Source: Okamejei kenojei (taxonomy: Eukaryota). Taken from it: a stretch of DNA of 64,000 bases. Position 1 is the first letter of the stretch. Every line of letters begins with the position of its first letter. Below the pieces are notes generated by a model. That model saw nothing but the letters and a program-made list of their open reading frames with translations, did no database searches and was not told where the DNA came from. Shown one piece after another: positions 24,771-37,203 of this stretch. The position numbers were made by a program, and so were the translations under genes. Where the stretch lies: NCBI GenBank assembly GCA_035221665.1, contig CM069174.1, positions 7,564,001 to 7,628,000 on the forward strand, written 5' to 3'.

Positions 24771-26599
24771 CTGTATTGTGAATCATGAACCAATTCTGCT
24801 GCTGCCACAGACCCGTTTCACCATTGCGATCTTCAGAGTGCGCAAATATTTCTGTATCTGTGTATGTGCGCAAATATCTCTGGCAAAATCAGACAAGCAT
24901 CCTTCTGATGGCCATCCAGTATGGGTGCACTTGTTTGGGAGTATCAGGACAAGGTTGATGATGATGATGATGCCTTCTGTAATTTAATGCTGGCCACTGT
25001 TAATTTACCTCATGCGTAGGGGGAACTACTGTCTGTAAAACAAGCAGGAGGCATTCCACTCTTAAGTTTATTAGTTACTTGACCAAGTGGGACGTCCCCT
25101 TAATGCGCGGTTGCGGGGGGCGGGGGGGGGCAGCCTGCAGCGTCACACACACACCACACGCACACGCACGCACACACCCTTTGATATTAATATTATTCAT
25201 TCAATCCTTTTACTCCATTGCCGCCCTATCCACTCACGCATAGCCCCCAACTCGCAGGTGCGGCTAGAGAGAGAGGGGGGTAGAGAGGACAGAGACAGGG
25301 GGCAGAGGCAGCAGGTGGAGGCAGAGGCAGAGAGTGGCAACAACCGCCCCACCATGCGCCCACACAAGGACCCCGAGCGAGGGGGCGAGGCGGCACTATT
25401 GCCCTCTGCCTACATGTGATCCACATCCCTCCATTCCCTGCATATCCATCTGCCCGTCTAAAGGCTTCTGAAACACCACTATTGTATCTGCCGCCACCAC
25501 CACCCCTGGCAGCGCGTTCCAGCACCCACCACCCTCTGTGTAAAATAACTTACCCCACACATCTCCTTTAAACTTTGCCCCTCTCACCTTAAAGCTATGC
25601 CCTCTTGTATTTAACTTCCACTCTGGGAAAAAAAAAGTTGTGACTGTTAACCCTATCTATGCCACTCATAATTTTACACACTTTTATCAGCTTCTCCTAC
25701 AATCTCTAACGCTGCAGAGAAAACTCTCCATATTTGTCGAACCTCTCCTTGTAGCGAATCCCCTCAAATTCAGGCAGCATTCACATGTTCCCTTCCTGTT
25801 CCTCCGGGTCCTTGCTGGTAATGATTGGCCTCTAGCCGTCTCTGAAGTTTTGGACAGAGGAGGTAGTTGGGACTTGCACTATAACAGTATTGAAACAACA
25901 TTTAAATGGGTACATGGATAGGAAAGGTTTAGTTGGAAATGGGCCAAGGCGGGCAGATGGGGCTAGTATAGATGGGGAATGTAGAGTATGAGAACAAGAA
26001 GGTCCTACTGCAGTTATACAGGGCCCTGGTGAGACCGCACTTGGAGTATTGTGTGCAGTTTTGGTCTCCTAATTTGAGGAAGGACATTCTTGCTATTGAG
26101 GGCGTGCAGCGTAGGTTCACCAGGTTAATTCCTGGGATGGCGGGACTGACATATGAAACATAGAAAACAGGTGCAGGAGTAGGCCATTTGGCCCTCCGAG
26201 CCAGCACCACCATTCAATGTGATCATGGCTGATCATTCCCAATCAGTACCCCTTCCTGCCCTCCCCATATCCCTTGATTCTGCTAACCCTAAGAGCTCCA
26301 ACTAATTCTCTTTTGAATGCATCCAGTGAATTGGCCTCCACTGTCCACTTCTGAGGCAGAGAATTCCACAGATTCACAACTCTCTGGGTCCCTCGTCTCC
26401 GTTCTAAATGGCTTACCCCTTATTCTTAAACTGTGGCCCCTAGTTCTGGTCTCCCCCAACATCTGGAACATGTTTCCTGCCTCTAGTCTGTCCAATCCCT
26501 TAATAATTATATATGTTTCTATAAGATCCCTCACGGCGATCCCCCATACACTGAGTCCCCATTGTCTTCCTTTCCCCCCCCCCCTCCCCCCAAACCTGT

Positions 26600-26825
26600 C
26601 CCCTTCCCACTTTCTCATCCACTCCCTACACACTCAGGAGCCATTTACAGAGGGCCAAATATCCTACAAACCCGCATGTCTTTGGGATGTGGGAGGAAAC
26701 CGGAGCACCCGGATGAAACTCACAGGAAGAACATGCAAACTCCACACAGACAGCACCCGAGGTCAGGATCGAACCCGGGTCTCTGGAGCTGTGAGACAGC
26801 GGCTCTACCAGCTGCGCCACCGTGC
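26600..26825 (-). mobile_element. HE1-like V-SINE
   Basis: Reverse complement of ggtggcgcag...gacccgggttcgatcctgacc head plus V-core. Confidence 0.85.
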
Positions 26826-26975
26826 TTTTCTGCCCCCCTCGCCAGCCGAATGATTCCTTCCTCCACAGGGCAAACAGAACTACCAATGTGAACTCACCAA
26901 TATGTTGTGCCGTTGTTACATGGCGTCCCAAACCCTGTCCTCAGTGACCTGACCGATGAAGGCAAGCCTGCCAAA

Positions 26976-28582
26976 AGTACTGACACTTTTGAAAAATATA
27001 AAAGTGGATAAGTCTCCAGGTCCTGACAGGATATTCCCTAGGACATTGAGGGAAGTTAGTGTAGAAATAGCAGGAGCTATGACAGAAATATTTCAAATGT
27101 CATTAGAAACGGGAATAGTGCCGGAGGATTGGCGTACTGCGCATGTTGTTCCATTGTTTAAGAAGGGTTCAAAGAATAAACCTAGCAATTATAGACCTAT
27201 TAGTTTGACGTCAGTGGTGGGCAAATTAATGGAAAGGATACTTAGAGATAATATATATAAGCATCTGGATAAACAGGGTCTGATCAGGAACAGTCAACAT
27301 GGATTTGTGCCTGGAAGGTCATGTTTGACAAACCTTCTTGAATTTTTTGAAGCGGTAACTAGGGAAATTGATGAGGGTAAAGCAGTGGATGTTGTCTATA
27401 TGGATTTCAGTAAGGCCTTTGACAAGGTTCCCCATGGAAGGTTGGTTAAGAAGGTTCAATCTTTGGGTGTTAATGGCAGAGTAGCAAGATGGATTCAACA
27501 GTGGCTGAATGGGAGATGTCAGAGAGTAATGGTGGATGGCTGTTTGTCAGGTTGGAAGCCGGTGACCAGTGGGGTGCCTCAGGGATCTGTGTTGGGTCCA
27601 CTGTTGTTTGTCATGTACATCAATGATCTGGATGATGGGGTGGAAAATTGGATAAGTAAGTATGCAGATGATACTAAGATAGGTGGTGTTGTGGATAATG
27701 AAGTAGATTTTCAAAGTCTACAGAGAGATTTGGGCCATTTGGAAAAGTGGGCTGAAAGATGGCAGATGGAGTTTAATGCTGTTAAGTGTGAAGTGCTACA
27801 TCTTGGCAGGACAAATCAAAATAGGACGTACATGGTAAATGGTAGGGAATTGAGGAATGCTGTGGAACAGAGGGATCTAGGAATAACTGTGCATAGTTCT
27901 CTGAAGGTGGAATCTCATGTAGATAGGGTGGTAAAGAAAGCCTTTGGTGTGCTGGCCTTTATAAATCAGAGCATTGAATATAGGAGTAGGGAAGTAATGT
28001 TAAAATTGTACAAGGCATTGGTAAGACCAATTCTGGAGTATGGTGTACAATTTTGGTCGCCTAGTTATAGGAAGGATGTCAACAAAATAGAGAGAGTACA
28101 GAGGAGATTTACTAGAATGTTGCCAGGGTTCCAGCAACTATGTTACAGAGAAAGGTTGAACAAGTTAGGTCTTTATTCTTTGGAGCGCAGAAGGTTAAGG
28201 GGGGACTTGATTGAGGTCTTTAAAATGATGAAAGGGATAGACAGAGTTGACGTGGATAAGCTTTTCCCATTAAGGGTAGGGAAGATTCAAACAAGAGGGC
28301 ATGACATGAGAATTAAGGGACAGAAGTTTAGGGGTAACGTGAGGGGGAACTTCTTTACTCAGAGGGTGGTGGCTGTGTGGAATGAGCTTCCAGCAGAAGT
28401 GGTGGAGGCAGGATCGATTTTAACATTTAAGAGTAAAGTGGATAGGTATATGGACGTGAAGGGAATGGAGGGGTATGGTCTGAGTGCAGGTAGATGGGAC
28501 TAGGGGAAAACAAATGGTCGGCACGGACTGGAAGGGCCGAGAGGGCCTGTTGCCGTGCTGTAATTGTTATATGGTTATATGG
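26976..28582 (+). mobile_element. Young 5'-truncated CR1 LINE with uninterrupted reverse transcriptase ORF
   Basis: ORF to 28503 has KSPGPD, NYRPISLTS, QHGF, DFSKAFD, GVPQGSVLGP and YADD with no stops. Tail gttatatg x2. Inserted into an older minus-strand CR1 remnant. Confidence 0.95.
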
Positions 28583-28989
28583 ACCTCTTCACCATTCTGT
28601 CTGCGCGTGCCGCCATCTCATGGAATGATATACCTGCACCCTGAGCTCTCTCTGCTCTACGACACCTTCCAAGGCTCTTCCACTTACATAGAAAATAGGT
28701 GCAGGAGGAGGCCATTCGGCCCTTCGAGCCAGCACCGCCATTCAAAGTGATCATGGCTGATCATCCCCAATCAATAACCCGTGCCTGCCTTCTCCCCGTA
28801 TCCCCTGACTCCGTTAACCCCTAGAGCTCTATCTAACTCTCCACTTGCCCCGAGAGCTCTATCTAACTCAACTTATATTTGTTTGGAGATGTTATAAAGC
28901 ATTATTGTGCTTGTGATCATAACAGGTTGTGGTAGTAAGCATTCAATAGGTGAATGATATATCTGAAGGCTACCTTTGTCTTGTTTTAG

Positions 28990-29859
28990 GCTCACGGCTA
29001 CAGGGAGTGAAACAACCTCAACAGGCTTCTGAAGAACATCAGGAACCACTTTACCAGACCTTCAGCAAACCTCGATGGTGCGGCCGCAAGGAAAAGCAGT
29101 GTGATTTATGTGTTAGGTCCTGTTACCGTTGCAAGTGACCAATGATTTAACTGCAAAAGGGGAATCTCCAAAGAGAAATCCTACGGTTTGGTTGCAGTGT
29201 CTGAAGCAAGGGAGCATCTGCACAAACGAAGAAGTTCTCCCACTCTCTCCGACGAGAGTTCTGTAATCCTCTCTCACTGCTCCCCCTCTGTGATTCCTCC
29301 TGCTCTCCGGCTCTATGCATGTCTTTCATTCAGTTGTTCTGTATCTCTCCACATCACCGTCTATATCTCGCGTTTCCCATTCCCCCCCCCCCCCCCCCCG
29401 ACTCTCAGTCTGAAGAAGGATCTCGACCCGAAACGTCACCCATTACTTCTCTCTACAGATGCTGCCTGTCCCGCAGAGTTACTCCAGCTTTTTGTGTCTG
29501 ATTTCGGTTTAAACCAACATCTGCAGTTCCTCCACTCTTTGGTTAAAAGGTTGAATGCCTGTGAATCATCTGGGGGGAACAGGAAGTGGCCGCTGATGGA
29601 TGCCATCATCGGGATGGTTACCGTAACGGAATATACTTGTCGGATGGCTTTGTACCATGCAGAAGGAAGCAGCTGAGGCTTTCTGACACATTCAATCACC
29701 GAATGTTAGCATCCACCATCAGAGCCAGCTTTTGATCCCACATTCCCAGGATGAATTAAGTGCCGGTACCTCTGCGCAACAAAGGCCGTTGTTTGTGCGT
29801 CAGCATTACTGGAGATCTGCAAAGTCAACTTTGGGGTCGACTATTCATAAGGACAACTG
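28990..29859 (+). other. Exon-like cassette 1 (interrupted by a Penelope short element ~29330-29535)
   Basis: Acceptor ctttgtcttgttttAG|G; donor CTG|GTAAGTG; shares blocks with cassettes 2-5. Confidence 0.6.
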
Positions 29860-29933
29860 GTAAGTGATGAAACTAATAATTTTGGTGAGATATTATGTGC
29901 AACTCCGCTGCCATCATTGTCAGTTTTGCATGC

Positions 29934-30001
29934 CCAAGATGGCGCCCAACTCAAGATGGCTCCCGACCCAAGATGGCTCCCGACCCAAGATGGTGCCCAG
30001 C
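29934..30001. repeat. 4 x 17-bp tandem repeat containing CAAGATGG (YY1-like; likely the 5' end of a retroelement)
   Basis: ccaagatggc(g/t)cccrac units. Confidence 0.8.
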
Positions 30002-30355
30002 CCAGGCGACTCTTTGTATGCTGGCCACAAAAGCAGATCTACAATCACATATTACGATCGCTCCACACTTTTAAATCTTTACTGCTATGCTCGGCATGGG
30101 CGGGTTGGGCTGAAGGGCCCCCGAATGAAGCCTTTGTGTTTATATTACAGTGTAAGTTGACCAATTCTGCTGTGTGCCTCTTAGATTTCATCGGTCAGAG
30201 ATTTTTCCTCAGCAAGTTTGTCTTCCGACTGGTTGTATGATCATGAGTGTGGCGTGTATTGGAACTGAGTCCAAATACAGGGATCCTGATCTTGGCAGAA
30301 AGCAGCTGCCACATGCCAAAATGTTGAACTTGCTTTTTCTTTTGTCTTGCTGCAG

Positions 30356-30867
30356 GATAGTGATGAGAGGCAAAGGGAGGGAAGCCGCTGAAACGAGTTC
30401 CCCAAAAGACCACCAGGAACCCGTCCATTGGCGCTCCGTTGATCCTCCACGCCACAGTTGCTTGGAGAAGTGTCCAGTGGCGATAAACATGGGCATGCGA
30501 ACTGAGTTCATCTTACAACTCAGATCACCGAAAGGAAATGTGATATTTTGGATGCAATGTTTGATAGTGCGTGACATTGTGGAGATGGTGAATTACCTGT
30601 GAGTCATCTGGGAGGGTGGTGGGGGGGGGGGGGGGAGAGAAAGGGGGTCATGATGGACGCCATGATTGGAGCAAACCCCTTTCAGGAATACATTTTTAAA
30701 TAGCTTTATAGCATGAAGAAGACCATCGGTGAAGATTGCAGTCAATCTCATAACAGTCAACCAAAGGATAAACTCTGATCACGCTACTCTAGAGGCGAAG
30801 GGCCGAGACAAGCAGGCTCCGACATTGATGGAGAACGGGGCTATTTCCTTATAAAATGCGATAGCTG
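30356..30867 (+). other. Exon-like cassette 2
   Basis: Acceptor cttttgtcttgctgCAG|G; donor CTG|GTAAGTG. Confidence 0.6.
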
Positions 30868-31771
30868 GTAAGTGCTTTCAATGCAGGAGGTTGGTTCACA
30901 CTGGAAAGGTGACGGAGCGGTGGGGAGAGGGAACTGATATCCCCCAGACTGACATTGCAGCGTAACTCAGGAGAACAAGACGGGGAGACAGAGAAACTTG
31001 GACGGGGTAAAGATTGAAGTGAGCGGCTCATTTCCTGCCATGAAGGAGAATTATCGGCATCAAACGTTGACGTTTTGCACTGACAGCCTTCGGCAACAGT
31101 GCCAGAGACCCGGGTTCGATCCTGGCCACGGGGGGCCGTCTGCACGCAGTTTGCACGTTCTCCCCGTGACCCGCGTGGGTTTTCTCCGGGTGCTCCGGTT
31201 TCCTCCCACACCCCAAAGACGTGTGGGTTTGTAGATGAACTTGCTTCTGCAATTGTCCCCAGTGTCTGCAGGATGGTGCCAGTGGTCGCTGTAATGGCCG
31301 GTCGGCGCGGACTCGGTGGGCCGAAGGGCCTGTTTCCGCGCTGTACCTCGAAGGTCTAAAAGTCCAAAGGCCTGTTTCCATGCCGTATCTTTGAATCAAA
31401 GACAAAATTAAGTGTTGTTGAGCGTTCCAAAGTAGGCCCCTGGAGCGGTGCTTGCCCTCACCTGAACTCCACAGATGTGTACTTTCCAGCAAGCAGTAAA
31501 CTAGTATAAATGTTCCAATTATTCGGCTCCGACCTCTGAAGTAACTGGAAACATAGAAACATAGAAAATAGGTGCAGGAGGCCATTCGGCCCTTCAAACC
31601 AGCATCTCCATTCATTGTGATCATGGCTGATCGTCCCCTATCAATAACCCGTGCCCCCCTTCTCCCCATATCCCTTGACTCCACTAGCCCCTAGAGCTCT
31701 ATCTAACTCTCTTAAATCCATTCACAGACACAACTCACATCACCTGCTGAACTAATGAACTTGCTTTTCTG

Positions 31772-32009
31772 AGGTAGACAAAAGTGCTGGAGAAACTCAG
31801 CGGGTGCAGCAGCATCCATGGAGCGAAGGAGATAGGCAACGTTTCGGGCCGAAACCCTTCTTCAGTCTGAAACGTTGCCTATTTCCTTCGCGAGTCTGAA
31901 GAAACGTTGCCTATTTCCTTCGCTCCATAGATGCTGCCGCACCCGCTGAGTTTCTCCAGCATTATTTGTCTACCTTTGATTTTCCAGCATCTGCAGTTCC
32001 TTCTGAAAC
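31772..32009. mobile_element. Inverted pair of Penelope-derived short elements
   Basis: 14-bp TSD aacttgcttttctg at 31758-31771 and 32010-32023. Confidence 0.85.
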
Positions 32010-32034
32010 AACTTGCTTTTCTGCTTCGCCGCAG

Positions 32035-32466
32035 GCTGGTGGCTGTCGAGCAGGGCAGAAGCGCTGGAGCAACTCCAGAGGAACCTATTCACCAGAGCTC
32101 CATCGAACCTCCATCCAGCACTCGCTTGGAGAAATGTACTTGTTCATCGATGGTGAATACTAATGTGTCGACAGTGGATTAACCCCAGCGGGAGATCTCC
32201 AGAGAGAGAGAGAGAGAGAGTGGTCGCACAGTGTGAGCGCGCGATTGTGGGCATGTTGAACATCGCTCAGCCATCTGGGGGGGGGAACAGCAAGGGGTGC
32301 GGCTGGTGGATGTCATTACTGGAATGGATGCCTTCCCGGGATGCATAATGCTTGACACTGCGGAGAAGATCACAGTGGTTGCTATTGCCAACATGGGTAT
32401 TGCCAACAAATGGAGCCAACACTCCAGGATGGATTCAATGTGCGACTACAGAGAGCAGAGGCCCAG
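32035..32466 (+). other. Exon-like cassette 3 (3' end interrupted by an Ingi/Vingi-type insertion)
   Basis: Acceptor cttgcttttctgcttcgccgCAG|G; internal blocks homologous to cassettes 2, 4 and 5; donor not found. Confidence 0.55.
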
Positions 32467-32775
32467 TCTTCTTCTTCTGTCGTGTGCCTTTTAGACCTGC
32501 AGCTCCGTTGAGACGAGCCAGGCCAACGTGTCATCGTCCAGGTCAATCAGACCTCGTTCACCATTCGGTGGCTGGTGTTTGGGGCAACTGGTGACTCTGT
32601 GTTCCACTGTCCGTGTTGGGTCCCCACACTCGCAGGAGGCATTCGCTATTCACAGAGGCCCCACCTCTTCATCGCTACTCCATAGCGTCCGATGCCTGTC
32701 CTCAAGCGGTTGAGGGTTGTCCACTGCTTTCGGGGCAGGTCCTGGCCAGGGACGTCCATGGGGTCAAGAGGCTGC
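32467..32775 (-). mobile_element. I-group (Ingi/Vingi-like) LINE 3' end, may extend to ~33050
   Basis: Minus-strand translation DLPRKQWTTLNRLRTGIGRYGVAMKRWGL/..CECGDPTRTVEHRVTSCP...LAWL...*, then tail cacacgacagaagaagaag. Confidence 0.8.
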
Positions 32776-33129
32776 AACAGCAATCAGGAACAAGAGCTTG
32801 CTTCTCTTCTGCAGTCGTTTCCTTATTATGACGGTTTCCCCCCCCCCCCTCCCATCAACTTCTAGATGGAACGCAATCCGATCCATTGCGCTCTCCGGTC
32901 ACGGATGAGGTTACTGCAACAGGTCTCTTTGCGTCAAGCTGTGGCCTTTCCTGGCCACACCTGAAAGCCACTCTTTCGCCAGCAATGTTTCAGCAAGCAG
33001 TGAGACAGCGCAGGACCCCAACCAGCCCTGTGACGGCGAGCCCGACCTCTCGGCCTCTTGCCTCTGGCGTGGATGAAAGGGCCAACCTTCCTCCTTAAAC
33101 CCTCAACTTGTCTCTTTGTCTTGTTGCAG

Positions 33130-33782
33130 GCCGGTGGCTCTTGAGAGTGGGGACAATGCGACTGTGACGTTGCCGCGTGGAACAACGGGGACCTGTTCAC
33201 CAGAGCTCCTTCGGACTTTAATCACATGGAAAACTGGTGAGATTTACCTCTGATCAAAAGTCATCAAGCTGAAACATTAACTCTGTTTCCTCTCTCCGCA
33301 GATGCTGCCTGGCCTACTGCGTGCTTCCAGCATTTCCCGTTTCGTAATTTGTTTGTGGATGATAAATATACACATCATCAACGTTGAATTAATCTTCAAA
33401 GAGAAGGCCTATGGTTTGAATTAGGATCATGTGTGCAATTTGCTTGGTTAAAATGTTGAAGACCTATCAGTCGTCTGGGGGGGATAGCTGAATGGGGCCA
33501 TTGGTGGATATCATTATTGCTTTGGATACCTTCTCGGGATGCGTATAGTTTGACACTGTGGAGAAGACGACAGTGGAGGTTGCTGCAACACATTTCGTCT
33601 CTCAATCTTCACAGCAAACAGCAGGGAAGCAAGTTGTTCCTACATTCCAGCAACATATTCTCGCTGCTTTTATCCAAGAGGCAAAGAGATTCCCTACCAG
33701 CCTTCATCATTAATGGTGAAATGCGGTTTGTCCCTCAGCAACACGGAATGTCATCTTTTTGCTGAAACAACCAGGCAAGCTG
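33130..33782 (+). other. Exon-like cassette 4
   Basis: Acceptor ctctttgtcttgttgCAG|G; donor CTG|GTAAGTG; contains an old Penelope-type remnant ~33250-33335. Confidence 0.6.
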
Positions 33783-34625
33783 GTAAGTGTGAAAAGACAA
33801 GAGAATGTTTCTTATGTTTCTATGTTTCTAATGTACTGTAACAAAGTTAAGTTCAATTTAGAGATACAGCGTGGAAACGGGCCTTTATGGCCCACCGAGT
33901 TCTCACCGACCAGCGATCGCCCGTATACCAGTTCTATCTTACACATTTCCAGAGGTCAATTAGCCCACACACCTGTGCGTCTTTGTGATGTGGGAGGAAA
34001 CCGGAGCACCCGGAGAAAACCCGCGGGGTCCATAATGGTATATGGACACACTGATCTGTTCTGTATTCATGCCTGCTATGTTCTGTTGTGCTGAAGCAAA
34101 GCTAGAATGTCATTGTCCTGTCAGGGACACACGACAATAAACTCTCTTGAACTTGAACTTAGGTCACAGGGAGAACATACAAACTCCACACAGACAGCAG
34201 GATCGAGCTCCTATGTCTTATCATCTTATGATATAAAGCACCAGATCATGACCAAAAGATTTAAAACAACCCAAGACATGGGAGCAGAATTAGGCCATAT
34301 GGCCCATTGAGTCTGCTCCACTGTTCGATCTATTTTTTCCCTCTCATCCCCATTCTCTTGCGATCTCCCCGTAGTCTTTGACCCCTGTCCTAATCAAGAA
34401 CCTATCAGTCTGTGCTCTAAAAACACCCACTGACTTGACCTCCACTGCCGTCTGTGGCAATGTATTCCACAGATTCACCACCCTCTGGCTGAAGAAATTC
34501 CTCCTCGCCTCCGTTCTAAAAGCACATCCTTTTACTCTGAGGCTGTGCTGACCTGCAGAGTGTTTTCAGATTTCCAGCATCTGCCCTTCTATTTTACTTT
34601 TCAGATTTGTGGAATTGTGGGAGGG

Positions 34626-34930
34626 GGCGTCACGGTGGCGCAGCGGGTAGAGCTGCTGCCTCACAGCGCCGGAGACCCGGGTGGGTTCCATCCCGATTAC
34701 GTGTGCTGTCTGTATGGACTTTGCACGTTCTCCCCATGGATTTTCTCCGGGTGCTCCGGTTTCCTCCCACACTCCAAAGACGTGCAGGTTTGTAGGTTTA
34801 ATTGGCTTTGGTAAAATTGTAAATTGTCCCCCAGTGTGTGTGGGATGGTGTTCATGTATGGGATCGCTGGTCGGTGGGGACTCGGTGGGCTGAAGGGCCT
34901 GTTTCCGCGCTGCAAATAAACTTAACTAAA
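34626..34930 (+). mobile_element. HE1-like V-SINE
   Basis: tRNA head, V-core and CR1-like tail. Confidence 0.85.
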
Positions 34931-35010
34931 TTGTGCTGGCCATGTTTCTGCGAGCCAGTTCACTCAACTATAGAGGAGGAAATGGTGAACATCTTTTTGC
35001 CTTGCTTTAG

Positions 35011-35440
35011 GTCACCGCTCAAAGACCTCAGCCGTTCTCCAAAGAACATCAGGAACATCGGGCAAGCCTGGATGCGGCAACCTCTTGGAGAAATTGTGAG
35101 ATTTGCCTCTTCAGTTTGGCTAAAATGATGAGTATCTGTGAATCGTCTGGGGGGGGGGAAGTGAGAGCGGGGCCACTGGTGGATGTCATTTCTGTGATGG
35201 ATACCTTTCTGGGATACACGCGCCTTGGAAGATTTTATAGGACCCGCACGAAGCAACCCATCCATTCCCCCGAGAATTAACAGCCTGCACCAGGAAGCAG
35301 CTTGGACGGGATTATTGCTACAATCCAGTGGGAAGAGGCCCAGTCGACAGGCTTCAGTGAGAATGGAGAAAGGAAAATGGTTTCACCCAATCTGTCAAAT
35401 GATCATTTTGTGAGGCCATTTAAAAATAAAAAGAAAACCG
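35011..35440 (+). other. Exon-like cassette 5
   Basis: Acceptor ctttttgccttgcttTAG|G; donor CCG|GTAAGTG. Confidence 0.6.
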
Positions 35441-35653
35441 GTAAGTGAAAGGAATGAGATTGGGAGATATTCAAACTCGATATATTGGTTAGTAAATGGA
35501 AACAGCTGTATCGCAGCTCAGAACATCCAGGTTCAGGAACACCTTCTTTCCTACAGCCATTAGGCTATTACACACGACAACCTCTATTAAGCTCTGAACT
35601 ACAATAGACTATTATTATTATTATTATTATTATTATTGCACTCTATTGTTTGT

Positions 35654-36226
35654 NNNNNNNNNNNNNNNNNNNNNNNNNNNNNNNNNNNNNNNNNNNNNNN
35701 NNNNNNNNNNNNNNNNNNNNNNNNNNNNNNNNNNNNNNNNNNNNNNNNNNNNNNNNNNNNNNNNNNNNNNNNNNNNNNNNNNNNNNNNNNNNNNNNNNNN
35801 NNNNNNNNNNNNNNNNNNNNNNNNNNNNNNNNNNNNNNNNNNNNNNNNNNNNNNNNNNNNNNNNNNNNNNNNNNNNNNNNNNNNNNNNNNNNNNNNNNNN
35901 NNNNNNNNNNNNNNNNNNNNNNNNNNNNNNNNNNNNNNNNNNNNNNNNNNNNNNNNNNNNNNNNNNNNNNNNNNNNNNNNNNNNNNNNNNNNNNNNNNNN
36001 NNNNNNNNNNNNNNNNNNNNNNNNNNNNNNNNNNNNNNNNNNNNNNNNNNNNNNNNNNNNNNNNNNNNNNNNNNNNNNNNNNNNNNNNNNNNNNNNNNNN
36101 NNNNNNNNNNNNNNNNNNNNNNNNNNNNNNNNNNNNNNNNNNNNNNNNNNNNNNNNNNNNNNNNNNNNNNNNNNNNNNNNNNNNNNNNNNNNNNNNNNNN
36201 NNNNNNNNNNNNNNNNNNNNNNNNNN
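35654..36226. other. Assembly gap (others at 36871-37017, 37982-38116, 43960-44142)
   Basis: Runs of N. Confidence 1.
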
Positions 36227-36349
36227 ATTTTTTTCTCCCGTTTATTATATAGTTTACAGTGCACTATGTTCACATATTCTGTTGTGTTGCTGCAAGTAAG
36301 AATTTCATGGCTCTATCTGGGACATATGACAAGAAAACACTTGACAGAT

Positions 36350-36398
36350 CGACAGAGAGATAAAGGGGGAGAGGGAGAGGCAGAATGAGGGGGAGACG

Positions 36399-36435
<37 letters not shown>

Positions 36436-37156
36436 ACTTTTCACATATTCCCAGAGAGAGAAATTGTGAAAGAATGACCCAATTTCTGAGGGAACTTCAA
36501 AATGTCCACATTTTATTTTCAGAGGGTGAGATTATTTCTGCATATTCTCAGAGGATTTCAATTTTGCATTTTCTTTACGAGAGAGAAAGAGAACAGTATT
36601 GAAAGAGGGAAACCATGAACACATATGTCCGGGGAAAGAGGGGGAATACATTGCAGAGAGAGCAGACGTTTCACCTTGTCCCAGAGAATTTACCCTTTTG
36701 CCAATGAGAGAGAGTGAGAGAGAAAGAGACATCGCTTCCTCGCGTCCCAGAGAGAGGGAAAGAGAAAATCCCCAGAGAATAAGAGCAAGCTTTTACTTAT
36801 TCTTGATGAGAGGGAGAAAGGGAGAGGTGGCGATTGAAAAAGAGAGAGAGAGAATAGATAGAGAGAGCGANNNNNNNNNNNNNNNNNNNNNNNNNNNNNN
36901 NNNNNNNNNNNNNNNNNNNNNNNNNNNNNNNNNNNNNNNNNNNNNNNNNNNNNNNNNNNNNNNNNNNNNNNNNNNNNNNNNNNNNNNNNNNNNNNNNNNN
37001 NNNNNNNNNNNNNNNNNGGGAGAGAGGAGGGAAAGAGAGAGGCTGAGAGAGAGAGTGTGTGACAAGTAAGAGACAGTTTCCCCTTTTACCCTAGAGAAAA
37101 ATAGACTGGCCTTTTCCATATACTCTGGAGGACAGAGAGAAAGGGAGGGAAGGAGA

Positions 37157-37203
<47 letters not shown>

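Noticed and set aside
32990-33100. Possible HDV-like ribozyme at the 5' end of the minus-strand Vingi-type copy
   Set aside because: A tccacgc L3-like word is present, but I could not form P1, P2 or P3.
32356-33575. CACTG(C/T)G-N8-(C/G)ACAGTG in cassettes 3 and 4 resembles a D segment flanked by RSS heptamers
   Set aside because: No ACAAAAACC-like nonamer at 12 or 23 bp on either side, no V/J/C segments nearby, and not conserved in cassettes 1, 2 or 5.
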